DNA from: Orbicella franksi | Lineage: Eukaryota | DNA length: 64,000 nucleotides | Reading direction: 5' to 3' | Assembly: GCA_964199315.1 (NCBI GenBank) | Contig: OZ116702.1 | Location: 21,328,001-21,392,000, forward strand | Part shown: positions 26,601 to 38,699 of the stretch, in pieces | Layout: each line of letters opens with the position of its first letter | Numbering within the stretch: the first letter of the stretch is position 1 | Program-made: the position numbers and the translations under genes | Notes under the pieces: generated by a model | Databases searched by the model: none | What the model was told of the DNA's origin: nothing | What the model saw: the letters and a program-made list of their open reading frames with translations, nothing else

Positions 26601-29600
26601 GAATTGGTTGCGTTGTAACGGAGACGAAATAGAAGCTAGGTATTTGGAAGCCTGATAGATGGGGCAGTTGATGGAACTGGTGATGGGTCTCAGTGGGACC
26701 TCGGGTTTATGTATCTTTGGTAATCCATAGAAAGTAGTTGATGTGGCATCAGTGCTTCGGAGTTTGTAGTACAATTTGTCGTCGAGTTGTTGCGCACCAG
26801 GATCATGGCACTGGCACTCGAGGTGACTAAGACCAGACTTGAGTCCGATTCGAAAACTAGTGGAATACATAATTGACAAAACACTTAGAGTGATTTCTGA
26901 CCTTAATTTAGCCTGAGTTTGATAAACAATGAGCTGAAATGGAAACATCACTTTCAACTTTTAAGATTTTAAACATCTGCTTAAAATGCTTGTTTGCAGC
27001 CTGATAGGTATTTTCATTTACAGTAACTGATCTTAGAGACTATTTTACTGGAGATTAGACCCACAGGCAAACTTTTCTGGATCAATGTTGGAGATAGTGA
27101 TTGCAGCGTGACAGGTCAAAATGTCTTGTGATTAGCTCAAGTGCCTAGTCTTCAAGATGTTCTCAATTTTTTGCAGGATCGAGCTAATTTTTGGCAGACT
27201 GACTTGTTTTGGCATGAAAAGCATTGTTGCGTAATTGTTTTTGTTGATTTGCACTTTGTTTTTGAGAAATAACGTATGCAAAAAAAACTCAGTTTTCCGA
27301 GCGGCATCTTTTGGAGCAAATCCTTCCAAGGTGGATTTTGACACATTGCAAACTTAAACGGTCACTTTTAGCAGCTTCGACAGCACAGTTTTTTTTTTTT
27401 AAAAATGTTTTGATTTTTGAAAGAAGTAGAGAAATAGACAGGAAAAAAAATCGACCAACCTCGTATCGAACCGGTTTCATGACAATCAAAGTCGAATCTG
27501 GCCTGTTCAGCACTTTATTCGCTTGCGCTAACGAAGCAACAGTAAGAAAAGTGGGTAATTATATGAATAATAAAACTAGCGGCAAATACCACGCTTTGCT
27601 GACTTCATCATTTAGCAAAACACAGGTGTCTTTTGTTTTGTGCTCAACAAAAGATCTCTAAAAGATACCCTTGGAAAACTGAGTATTTTGCATATGTTAA
27701 TTCTCGAAAACGAAGCGCAAATCAACAAAAACAATTACACAACGATGCCATGTCAAAACAAGCCAGTCGGCCAAAAATTAGCTTGATCCTGCAAAAAATA
27801 AAAATCGACCCAAAATGCTACATACGCCCTTTTTGCACTAAAGCCTTCAATTATAACCTGCATAGGTATACAGTGTAGGTGACCATTAGAGAAAGTTGCT
27901 CTTACATTAGTTTGCTACTCTTCTGTAGTATCAGTATAATCACTATGAATTTTTTTTTTTTTCTCAAGGGACTTGGGGTTGCTGACCATTAGAATCCATT
28001 TCTTTGTTAATAAATAGTCCTAACATATGAAGAAGCTAGTCATAAAAGGGGCTAAGTGACGATTTTGGTTGCTTTTCTTTTTTCTTGCTCCAAATTAGCT
28101 GAATTTTTGCATGTGGTCTTCAATGTAATAGAAAAATGTGGTTCTGTATTTTTGTCGCTGGTTTTTGCTTTGTTTTCGAGTTAAAACGTAGGCAAAAAAC
28201 TTGGCTTTTCCTAGCCATGTCTTTAGGAGTTTATTTGTTGAACAGCAAACAGGCAGACTGTTGTATGAAGTCAAAACCAAATCCCACAGCATATAGAGCG
28301 GAAATCTGGGAACGGATTGTTTACACCGGTTATTGTGACATGAACACAACACGTGAATCGATCGAGCGTCAAACGAAATGCCATCAAACAAAAAAGAGAT
28401 GTGCCGTATTAGAGCTCTGTCAACTAATATCTTAAGCATTGTTTTAAAGTACCTTGTGTGCCTACCTGGTGGTTGAGAGGCATCATAAAGCCTCGATAAA
28501 CCCGTAAGTCATCAGCACGTTTTAAAGAATCAAAATGTGTTCTGAAACTTCGAAGGCAGCTGATATACCGTAATCGTGTTATCGGCGTTCGAAGTCAGAT
28601 CGAGCCAGGTAGCAAAGTCCAAGAGCAGTTCTTGCCCAAGAAAAATACCCTCTGGTGAGTTGTGGCCCATTTGCCAAACGTTGCTAGCGTCAAAGTTTGG
28701 AAAGCGAGAACTGGTTTTAGAGTGATAAAATTTGTCTTGTATCGACCGCCATGTCTTCCCGCGCACGAGGTGTAAAGACCCTTCCCGGCATGCATTGCGA
28801 TTACGTTCTGCGGACGTTTCTCGAACTGGTAACTAGATTTAAACATAATAATGGCCAGCAAGTGGCGATCGATTGTAACAGATCTGTGATCCAGTTTGCG
28901 TTGATTTTATTTCAAATCGGCATGATTTGTAGTGTTTTGAGCTTCTGGGATCAGGGGACATGCAGATGTATGGAGACCCGTACGTTGCGCAGAAGGGTTA
29001 ATCTGTTAATCTGTCAGCCCTATTTATAGAGCGTTTTCACGTGGAGTCATCAAATTCTTAAATCCAAAACTAAACAGCCGCCAAAGTTGTCCTCATCAGG
29101 CATAAGAGGTACCAGCGCATTTTGAACTTGGAAGTTATGGCGGTGCGTGACATAAAGCTACGATCACGTTTGTCGAAAACTATGTTTTATCTCGTGATTT
29201 TTTAGCCATTGAAGACGTTGCCGTATTTGAAAAAGTGTTTATTGAAACGTTTATTTGTTTCATTTTATTTTTATTTACACCTTTTTTTGACCTGAAATCA
29301 GCATTTTTGAGCTTATACGTTGCGTGAAATTACCATTTTCAGGAGCCCATCATGGGCTCCTACCATTTTGCTGTTTTCTAAGTGAAACCAACATCCTTGC
29401 CGTCACGCGTTAACGTCAAATTAACATTTTAACCTATTTAGACCTGAAATCAACATCATCAAGTTTATGCGCTGCATAAAATTGACATTTTGCTGGTTTC
29501 TAAGTGAAACCAACATCCTTGCCGTCACGCGTCAACGTGAAATCAACATTTAAACCTTTTTTGACCTAAAAGCAACATTTTTGAGCTTATACGTTGCGTG

Positions 29601-32600
29601 AAATTGACATTTTGCTGCTTTCTAAGTGAGATCAAAGTCCCTGCGGTCACGGCGGGCCGATCCTTTGTTATGATAAACCGAGGCGAGACTTCGACTTATA
29701 ACAAAGGCTTGGCTTGGTTATTATAACAAAGGATCGGCTCTGTTTATCATAACAAAGGCCCGGCTTCATTTATTTGCAGCCTCGGCGGGAAAAGGGCGTT
29801 AGGTATTTTAATCAAAAGTGAACTTTGTCGAAAACGCTCCAAATTTCGCATAGAGTTTTGTTTAGGTATGTTTAGCAATGTCCCGTAGTTTTTGCGCTAA
29901 ACCTTGCTTCGTTTTCAGGATATTGCGTATGCAAAAAACCACTCGGTTTTCCTAGCGGCGTCTTTATAAAGCGAAGACAAAACCAGCGGCAAAAATACAG
30001 GAACACGTTTTTCTATTACATTGAAGACCACATGCAAAAATTCAGCTAATTTGGAGCAAGAAAAAAGAAAAGCAACCAAAATCGTCACTTATCCCCTTTT
30101 ATGACTAGCTTCTTCATATTTACCCCAGTCCAAGCTTTTTGACACTGATGACTGATAATTTCTCATTTTCTCACAGATCGTTTCTACATGAATCGTATTA
30201 GTATACGAATGCTTATCACCCAGCATTGTAAGTGCACTTAATAGTATTGTGTTAACAGTGTTGTGTGTTCTGGCAGTCACTTACTCCTAGTTGTTTTTCT
30301 TCTAAAGTTAGTTTTGGAAAGTTTTTGGTACAGTCAAGAAAATCCCCCTAACAAATTATTGTATTGTTTTCATCTCTACCCCTGACAATGTTTTAATTAA
30401 CAATTATTCCACAAGGTCATGTTGAATATGAGACAATAGATGGTCAACGAGCTTGATAGTGCTGAGTTGGCTATAATCATCTCACATTCAGCTAGTGCAA
30501 GTGGAATAATTGTTTTATTAAAAATGCCCCCAAAATATCGAAAACTAAAACAATGCCCCAAAATTATGGAGCATGGTATAATTGCTCATACATGTATACC
30601 ATGATTGCTTAACCAATGAAAACTCTTGAATTGCATAATACAATGATCCAGTGGTTAATAATAATTTTATTGTATAATACAAGTATTATAAGGGGAAGTA
30701 CATGTAAGATGGTACATGTACATGTACAGTACTTTTCAAGCCTTACCAACCATGGTTTTACTTGTGACCTGTTGAACTAGTTACATACATGTACCAGTCA
30801 ATTGAAGCTGCCCTTAGTTTGCAAACTAAGGTAAATTTCCTGAAATACTTGATCCTGTCTGAACCACAGCTTTTTGTATTTCAGGTGGTATAATGTGTGA
30901 CTCATCTTTATGTGTTTTTTACTAGTGTTGTTATTTGGTCAGGATGCCAGAAGCTCTAAGAGTAATTTCATTGGTTGTTTTGACCCAACATGCCATGTTG
31001 CATCAGTGGTAGAAGGTATTAGTTATGTTATTTTCTCATGACCTGAATCATGTAATCCTTTATGTAACTGTAAACTAGACCATCACAAAGAAACCAATGG
31101 TCATTCAAAACACAGTTCTTTATTTTCTGTAATCTAGGAGTCGTGGGTTTTATATTTAATTGATTAAGTTAGAATAGTGTTCCATTGCCTGTTGGCATGT
31201 AAAACCAGAGCCAAAGTTATAACTTTCGTTAATCACAGAGGACACAGAAAACATAGAGAACCAATGGAAACTCAATGCAAATGTAAGTAAATAGCAAGGA
31301 AACACAGCATTGGAAAACATGTGAGCAAATCACAATTGGTTTTGAGAAAGCAGTGCAAGTTTATTAAACAATCACTAACTCTAAGTGTAGAAATGAAAAA
31401 CCACAAACCATAGATGTGAATTACTCTTGACTGTAAAATGAAAACTGCTCTATTAGGGCAGGTTTTATTCACCATTTCCTTGTGTTGTTTGTTTTCCCAG
31501 ATGCTATAAACAATGCCGCCTACTTGTGTGAACAGTTTTACTGTGCTTCCCCAGAGGTGGAAATTTCTGAGTGTAATGGTAAGCAATGATCCTTCAGCTC
31601 GTTTTAAGCTGGTTTGTAATTATTATCATGTATATTGTATGTGTAAGATGCAGGATACAAGTAGGGAATGGACAACTTGGAAATTACCAAAGGGGACATG
31701 TTTATATTTTAAACCGGAAGTTTGGATTTCAAAATGGGAATTGCCCACAAACAGTTCTTGTTCATATCATTTTACTTCAAAGTTCCTCAAGTGTACAATA
31801 TGATCCAATGTGACCAGTTAACATGACCTGCAAGATGAAAGTTTGACTGGTTAAATCCTCAATGAGGCCAGACATTGTACGAGGACCGCCTGTTAATTCC
31901 AGTTCTACTCTTGACCCCTCTGGGATGACAACCATTAAAACTCCCTGGTGATGTACTGTATCAATACCTTGATGATTCTATAGCTACATGTATACCTGTA
32001 TCTGTAATACAAATGGGTTGTTGACCAAGCATGAGGTCAAGTTGGCCGGATATCTGCCAATTTCAGTTTTAGTGTGTTTATGGACTGAGAGTTGACAGAG
32101 TTGAGGTCCATAGCCACGCAAGTTGTTCTTTGCACATCAGTGGATGCTATATCCCATTTGGCAAACTGGAATTTCTAGCCTGTAAGGAAGAGTTTATATG
32201 GTGTAGCAGAGTTCCTGCGTACGTACGCCCGTCCGTATGCCAATACCTTGAAAACTAAGAGAGTAGCACCATTACCATAGCTACACCTTTGATTTTGGGC
32301 GTCCAAGCTATTGTTGATTGACAGCTGTCACAACAAGCTATCCGCTGACCAGTATCACGTGACTACATCGCGAGCTCAGGTTTAGAGCTCATCGAGGTTG
32401 CATGTTTTTTTTTAAAGTTGACCGCTGACCAGTTACTGGTTTACTGATTGGATTGTGGGCTCAAGCCATGTTATTTCTCTGGGGGAGAAGGAAGGAGTAC
32501 TCGCAAAGGCAAAATTTCGGCACAAATTAACCCCTGGCGCATTGTTGACTTTTCTTCTGACATATTCCTTTCTCTTGGAAAGCCCCTGATATACGTAATT

Positions 32601-35600
32601 TCTACAATCTTGGTTAGGCTTGTTGGGTATAGTTTGTTAAAATTTAACTGGAAAAAATAGCAAAACCACACGTTGAACAATTACATGCTCACAATTGATC
32701 ATTTTTGAGTTTCTGATTAATGAAAAAATAATTATCTTTTTCCTTTATCGTCAGTTGTTGCCATCAGGAGCTTTGCTTTTAGGCATGGCTAAATCTATAT
32801 ATTAGACAAGTTCTGTTGTTTTTAAACAGTTCTAAACATTTCACATCAGTCTTCAAGCCAGTCAACCCAGACTCCTGTACTTAGCACTTGATGTGTATCA
32901 TCAGTTTTAACATACTGGTATATTCTGATGAATAATTAATTATCTTTATTTCTGTGCAGCTATTGATCCCAAAAAGCCAGTTCAAATGGCATATGTTCCT
33001 GGACATTTGTATCACATGCTTTTTGAATTACTAAAGGTAGGTCCTTACTATGTGGTAGATTTTAAAAAAAAAAATGTCCATTTAAAAATTGTCCTTTTAT
33101 TTTCACACAGAGAGTGTTTAATTTGCCTGGCTAGTAACACTGAACAGGACTTGTTTACAGTCCAGCTTATATATTTCATTCATCTTTCAGAATGCCATGC
33201 GAGCAGTCGTGGAGCAACATGGAAGCAGTGTTGACATTCCTCCACTAAAAGTATTGATAACCAAAGGAAGACAAGACTTGACTGTCAAGGTTTGTAATTT
33301 AACTGATAAGTCATCGAATTTCTAGCCACCAGCTTAAGATTTTTCTCAAGGTGCACTCCCAATTCTAGAACAGTCTTGGAATTCATGTTTCGCTATTTTG
33401 AGTATAATAATCAAATATTTCCCAGGTAATATTGCTTCTGATGCATTATTCTTTTTCTGCATCAGTTTTGTACATGTATTTATATTTTTAATCATTCAAA
33501 CTTGTTTTTAGTCCCAAGAAGTTTAGTCACTAAGACTAAACATATTCATGTTGTAGCTATTAAAGTAAAGGCAACAATATGCATGATGTCCCTGGACTAA
33601 CAGGTCAAAAAATGTTGTTTTTGAAGTCTTGTCCCTGCATCAGGAGCACTACATGCTTTATTCACAATCATATAAGAGAATGCTTGAACAATGAAAACTC
33701 TGCTGTAAAGAAACACATCTAAAAGTGCCAAAACAAAGTCTGCAAAGGCATCGAAATCAAGACCGTTGTACTGAAAAACAACCCAGCAAACTTACGCCTG
33801 TTCAAAGCACTTTACATTCGAAAATACAAATCTGCTCTCAACTCCCGAGAGGAATGCAGCGAATTTGCAGACCTTTTGTTCTAATGACTATTTTACCATA
33901 TCTAGAGAGACTCTTTGTACAGTGACACTTAGATCATTTTACCATTTTTATTCATATTTGTACCTTGTTATTTATCTTATACATTTTACTCTCCACATTC
34001 ATTCGCTTTTCACATGTTTTTACTTTACATTTGTATTTAAACCTTATGCGGAATATTTTTCTAATCTCTGATGATGCATGGATCAGCGAAAACTTGGATT
34101 TTAAAAGATTTTAACATCAATTTTACAGCAGTTACAGGCTTCATTTGAACCTTTGTCACTTAATTATCTTGTCCCTGCACTTTTCTTGTTTTAGATTTCT
34201 GATCAAGGAGGTGGAATACCCAAGAGTAAAATTGACCAAGTATTTGAGTACCACTACACTTCAGCCCCAGAACCACTGAGGAGTGGTTCTGCAGCCCCTA
34301 TGGTAGGAAGAAAAACTTTTAACTACATGCAATTCTGTACCATGCAGGAAAAAAAACTGGCTAATTGTTTGGAATCTTTGTTTTTTTGGGGACCTTCTGC
34401 TAACACTTTACAGTCATTTTAATATTTGTACAATAGACGGTGACTACACATTCTCCTGCTTCTGTTTCTCTGTTCACAATTTTAGGGCAACATGAAGAAA
34501 TGCTAGTCTACTCTTCAATTTCTGACATGAGTGTTATTTACTTGCCAATATAAAAAAATTACTGGAAAAAAAGACCTTTTTAAAAGCGTTTATCTTATCC
34601 AGAACCTACCTTTTCATTTATGCTAGTTGAGGTTTTGATAAGACTAGGGAGCTTGAGCAAACCACAACAATGACAGCAATGAGAACGTCACCAACCCAAA
34701 GGTTCAATAACCAAAACAATAGCTCTGCATGTGCTTTATAAATCTTTGTACATTTCTTTGCAAAACAGGAACGTGAAATTGCCAAGTTCTTCGTAGTCCA
34801 GGAACGCGAATGACAATGGCTAATTTTTTGTATTTCCATTTGGAACTGAACGCTGTCATTGCATATTTAGCCTGAGCACGTTTTGAGAGCCATTGGCATA
34901 CTGAACAGATCTAGAAAGTTGCGAATTTTGCTCGTAAAATATAAATTCATTTTTGACAAGGCGTCGTCTTCGGCGTCACTGTTGTCGTTGCTTGAGCTCC
35001 CTACTGGTGTGATTGTAACATTTCTTCTTGTTTGCAGGCTGGTTATGGATATGGCCTGCCATTATCAAGATTATATGCCCGATATTTTGATGGAGATCTA
35101 CAACTTTACTCTATGGAAGGTTTTGGCACAGATGCCGTGATCTGGTTAAAGGTATAGCAGCTTGATTCAATTTATAGTTTTGTAGTTTATACTGTGGAAT
35201 CCTAATTTTTTAACCTCTGGATCAATTAATGTAGTTTTCTTGCTCCCTTGGTTAACAGGACAAGTCCACAGTCAATGTTTCGATTGAAGCAATTTCTCTT
35301 GCCTTAGGGAGTTCATAAATGAGATTCCGATGTAAATTGATAAGTTGAAGTGATCTGTGCTCTTTTGCTGATCTAATTGAATAAGTGATTGCTTGATTGT
35401 TGGCTAGTATTTCTGTTAATAAGTATATTCGTAAGCTCATTGTTATGTGTAATTACATGTATTTCCTTCCTCCCCCCAGTACCCCTTAGTGCTCTTTTTT
35501 TGGAGGCTGAGTGAATACTGAGCTCACTGGGAAATAGGATATGTTTTGCAAAATTCTTGAAATGCTTCAACTCTGTTGCTTTGGTTTCCAGGCATTATCA

Positions 35601-35801
35601 GCAGAAGCAAGTGAAATTCTACCCCAGTACAACAGGAGAACTCCCAAGAATTATGAAGAAGTTAGGCTATCAGCTCAACACTGCCGTGATTGGAGCTCTT
35701 CAAAATTTTATGGACACGGAAATAAATTTCTGTCAACATATCAAGGACAGGTGAAAGCTAGGAGACTGCACAACAGTCAGAGGACAGCTAACTCTACATA
35801 A
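20607..35801 (+). CDS. PDK: Mitochondrial pyruvate dehydrogenase (acetyl-transferring) kinase, 13 exons, 422 aa
   Basis: Exons (+): 20607-20709, 22573-22711, 23488-23556, 23842-23905, 24396-24462, 30177-30227, 30926-31015, 31501-31578, 32960-33036, 33191-33289, 34195-34302, 35038-35151, 35592-35801. All introns are GT-AG and in phase; total 1269 nt. Motifs: [55 protein letters not shown] (N box), [29 protein letters not shown]-terminal DW. Confidence 0.95.
24207..24237. repeat. Palindromic (GAT)n(CAT)n microsatellite
   Basis: gatgatgatgatga|tcatcatcatcatc is a perfect 28-bp palindrome (24207-24234). Confidence 0.9.
24935..26990 (-). mobile_element. Penelope-like retroelement (RT + GIY-YIG), 5'-truncated and frameshifted, with inverted terminal repeat, in PDK intron 5
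   Basis: ORF 25331-26539 has [22 protein letters not shown] and GVVYKINC...YIGQT...R..EH (GIY-YIG). The upstream frame has FYGLPKIHK...LRPI. Segment 24939-25035 recurs inverted at 26852-26949. Confidence 0.9.
25215..25265 (-). ncRNA. Degenerate minimal hammerhead-ribozyme-like motif in the Penelope 3' repeat
   Basis: - strand reads CTGAAGA-a-GGTTA tagtattt TAGCC-GAAA-tgtc: conserved core boxes plus stem II. Stems I and III are poor. Confidence 0.45.
27165..27800. mobile_element. ~640-bp MITE with ~150-bp imperfect TIRs, in PDK intron 5
   Basis: aattttttgcaggatcgagctaatttttggc...actcagttttcc (27165-27300) is mirrored by ggaaaactgagta...aaaaattagcttgatcctgcaaaaaat (27673-27800). Confidence 0.75.
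28029..30115. mobile_element. ~2.1-kb non-autonomous TIR transposon (~150-bp near-identical TIRs, ATAT or TA target), in PDK intron 5
   Basis: gaagaagctagtcataaaagggg...caatgtaatagaaaaa at the left end is mirrored at ~29975-30115, with ATAT at 28025-28028 and 30116-30119. Contains a 122-bp x3 tandem array (29289-29640) and a hairpin (~29655-29762). Confidence 0.8.
32190..32810. mobile_element. Interspersed repeat with ACGT/CCGT microsatellite core and terminal ggctaaatctatatatta motif (possibly Helentron-associated/HINE-like)
   Basis: cgtacgtacgcccgtccgt at ~32218. The end motif gcttttaggc(a/t)tggctaaatctatatattag is shared with ~9255-9290. Family assignment is inference. Confidence 0.4.
33660..34140 (+). 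mobile_element. 3' fragment of a second Penelope-like element, sense-oriented in PDK intron 10
   Basis: Frame from 33783 reads [33 protein letters not shown] (stop 33882-84), resembling a PLE GIY-YIG C-terminus. It is followed by a T-rich UTR and a hammerhead-like motif. Confidence 0.65.
34060..34115 (+). ncRNA. Minimal type I hammerhead-ribozyme-like motif (PLE-associated)
   Basis: aatct-CTGATGA-t-GC atggatca GC-GAAA-actt-ggatt. Core boxes at 34068-74 and 34088-91; stem I aatct/ggatt. Confidence 0.55.
34647..35001. mobile_element. MITE with GGGAGCTT(G)AGCAA TIRs and TA flanks, ending ~35 bp before PDK exon 12
   Basis: ta-gggagcttgagcaaac... and ...gttgcttgagctccc-ta. Confidence 0.8.
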
Positions 35802-36943
35802 ACGAGTTATAGATTGTGCATTTTTGCAACACAAGGCTTAGTCATTGAAAGGAGTAGAATATCAGTTTAGAAGAAAAGCATCACTCAACTAGATCAGGAA
35901 CAAAGACCCTCTTGCATTTCTTACATTGATTTTGTTCTTTTTATCTGATTGATCCTGGGTCTTCACCATATGGTCATGAATCACGTGTTCCCTTGCTATA
36001 GGTATTTGTCAATATTTATTGAAAACCAGTGCTGGGGTTTAGGACTAACACAAGTTGTTACAATACCAGACAAAACATTCTTTGTATGCTGCTTGCTCAG
36101 TTTATCAAATTGAAAAAAGATCAATATGAGCGCACAAACAACCTCCGGATTGTTCATTCATGCAAGTAGATTATATTATTAATATTTATATTCAAGAGAT
36201 GGTGCTCCTCTAAGTAACATTACTCTATCTAATAATATAAATATTAGCATAACAACCATTGTAAGTTAACATCCAGATACTGGAATTTCTTTCAGTTATC
36301 TCAAATCTTTTTTTCGCGCGTCATGGTCAAGGGACAAGTTGACTATAGTATGTCAGATGTTTGAGAAATGAGCTTGAAAATCCTTTTATAATGCATTTAC
36401 CAAAAAAACGTACCTTGAACAAATTTTAATTGTTTATGTAATAAGAAAAAGGTTTATTTGAAAATCCGCTCATCTCCGGTATATTTTTAACTTTGTACGT
36501 GGGTTGTTCAATACAAGACATTTAAAACTCTCAATTCATTGACATCAAGAAAAATCACTTTTGTGTTACATAGCCAGAAATAATTTATTATGTGGGTAGA
36601 GGTTGTGCCACTGGCTTACAAGTGAAGTTATGAATTTCTTGCTTTACACTGATCAGTGATATTTTGCGAATTTTCAAGAAAAGAGAAGACAATTTTCATG
36701 CTATAACTATGGAACAAAATTAGGGTGCAAATCTACAATACAATGTAATTAGGTAAAAATGTGTCCTCTTCTGTTGTTTCGCTGTGACTGAGCTCCCCCT
36801 TGTTGATGTATGATGTGCTTTTTCCCAGCAGAGGGCAGGGACCACCAGAAAAAAAATTAGTTGTTTCTTTACGACCTCCTCAAAACCCTACCCTAGGAGG
36901 GACCGTGATATGTAGCAGACTTGTCCGTTGTGTCATGAGTGAA

Positions 36944-37171
36944 GGTCGGCACACACGAGGGGACTTAGTCCTTGCGACTAGTCCCTGCAACTAGTCCCCT
37001 GAAGAGTTTACACGAAGGGACTGGTCGCAGGGACTTGTCCCACGAATAGTTCATACGAAGCGTTTTGAGGAACAAGTCGCAGGGACCTGTCCCAAAAATT
37101 CAAACCAGTTTGAATTCGAAGCAAAAGTGGCTAGTTCTGACGATGGGACTGGTCCCTCGTGTGTGCCGACC
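36944..37171. mobile_element. 228-bp MITE, probably Kolobok-type (GG termini, TTAA-like target)
   Basis: TIR ggtcggcacacacgaggg(g)ac / gtccctcgtgtgtgccgacc. Flanks tgaa (left) and ttaa (right). Internal gggact/agtccc repeats. Confidence 0.75.
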
Positions 37172-37390
37172 TTAAGACGTTTGGTTTATCCCCCGAGTCC
37201 TGTACCTTTTTCCCAAGAGAGGAGACTCTGAACGAGTCAGCTCCTTAAAGGTGACGAACCTCTCTCGCAATGCTATGTAAAAAGTCCTCCACTCCACAGG
37301 TTCACTGGGGTGTAAAGTTTAAACTCCTTGCTAATTTCTCTTCCTCATCACCTGGTAACAACAACCTGTTATTGACTGAAGAGGGAAGAA

Positions 37391-37564
37391 AGCCTGGTTC
37401 ACACCTGTGGGATAAGCATAGCGCTAATGAAATAAGCAGGTTCCCACTTGTGAGATAAGCGTAACACTAGTGAAATATGCACAAGCGTAAGCACAAGAAA
37501 AAGAAACATGTTCCTTTTTTCTTGTGCCTGTGCCTATGCTTATCTCGCAAGTGTGAACCAGGCT
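37391..37564. mobile_element. 174-bp MITE with ~30-bp TIRs
   Basis: agcctggttcacacctgtgggataagcata ... tatgcttatctcgcaagtgtgaaccaggct. Confidence 0.8.
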
Positions 37565-38699
37565 CAAACATACGTGCTTTTCGAAGCTATAACACGCAAT
37601 CGTTCTGATTCTTCAGGTTGCAACAAGCTCAGACCCTACATTCTCCTTACCCTTACACCACAGTGCATGGGGGCTGAAGTAAGTCTGGATTTAGATTGGA
37701 TTTAGCCCTTATATGGGAATGTGCAAGGAGGGTTGAGGAATTCCGGTCCACTTCCATGCTAGGCGACCTTTCAACGAAATTATCAAGTGTACAGTGTAAT
37801 TCTGCAATTTAGTTCCCAGGGCCTTTGTTGAGCCACCGGTTCGATAAGCAGCACCGATAACTTGTGAGACTCGAGCTCAGTGCATGCTGGAACCTGTTAT
37901 CACTCTAAATTTGGAAACTACACTGATTTTAGCAAGGTACAAAGTCAGCGAGCTAAATGCCCATAAATCTCGCATCTAGCGAAAAAAATTGTTGGTTGTA
38001 AATCTGCGGGATTCTCAAAGGAAGACATGAATGTCGGCCACTCCTAGAGCACAAGCTGCCGCTTATATTGTCCAGTAAACGCGAAGGGTGCGTTTTGTAA
38101 AGAAAGAAATTGACGCTTACTTCGTGAACATAAATATAGAAAGGTGCCGGGTTGGCAGGTTTAAAAACCCACAGTAACTGAGATGCCTCTTATTGAAAGC
38201 GTGGAACCTAATAGTCATTAGAAGGTACTTGTTATGAAGCCCGACAAAGTGTTCTTGTTCTATGCGTTTTTTCGAGCACAAAACATAATAGCTGTTTCTG
38301 CTAGAACAACAAGCAGTTCATTGGGAGCCAATGGCAGTTGAGAAATAGTAAACGATTTTTTAGTCCAATAGTGGAGACCATAGGCGTACGAGCAATTTTT
38401 TCCGGAGGGGGGGCGGTGATTCACTTTCCCGTCACGCAATGCTCCTCCCCACTAACGGAGGAGCGTTTCGTGACGAGACTAAAAACGGCTGCGAGGGAGG
38501 ATTGTGGCTTGGATTTTGCTGTGGGCTTTCCGAAAATGCTAGCAGGCCACCCAGGCCTTACTTCGCTACTAATCACTCAAACAACCATTTAGTTTAACAC
38601 TTTGCGTCTAGAAGCTAAAACCTCTTTCAAACGTGTATAAATTATTTATATGATATTTAAATCTATCTATCTAGAGTATATGTTGACCTATTTACAGGC

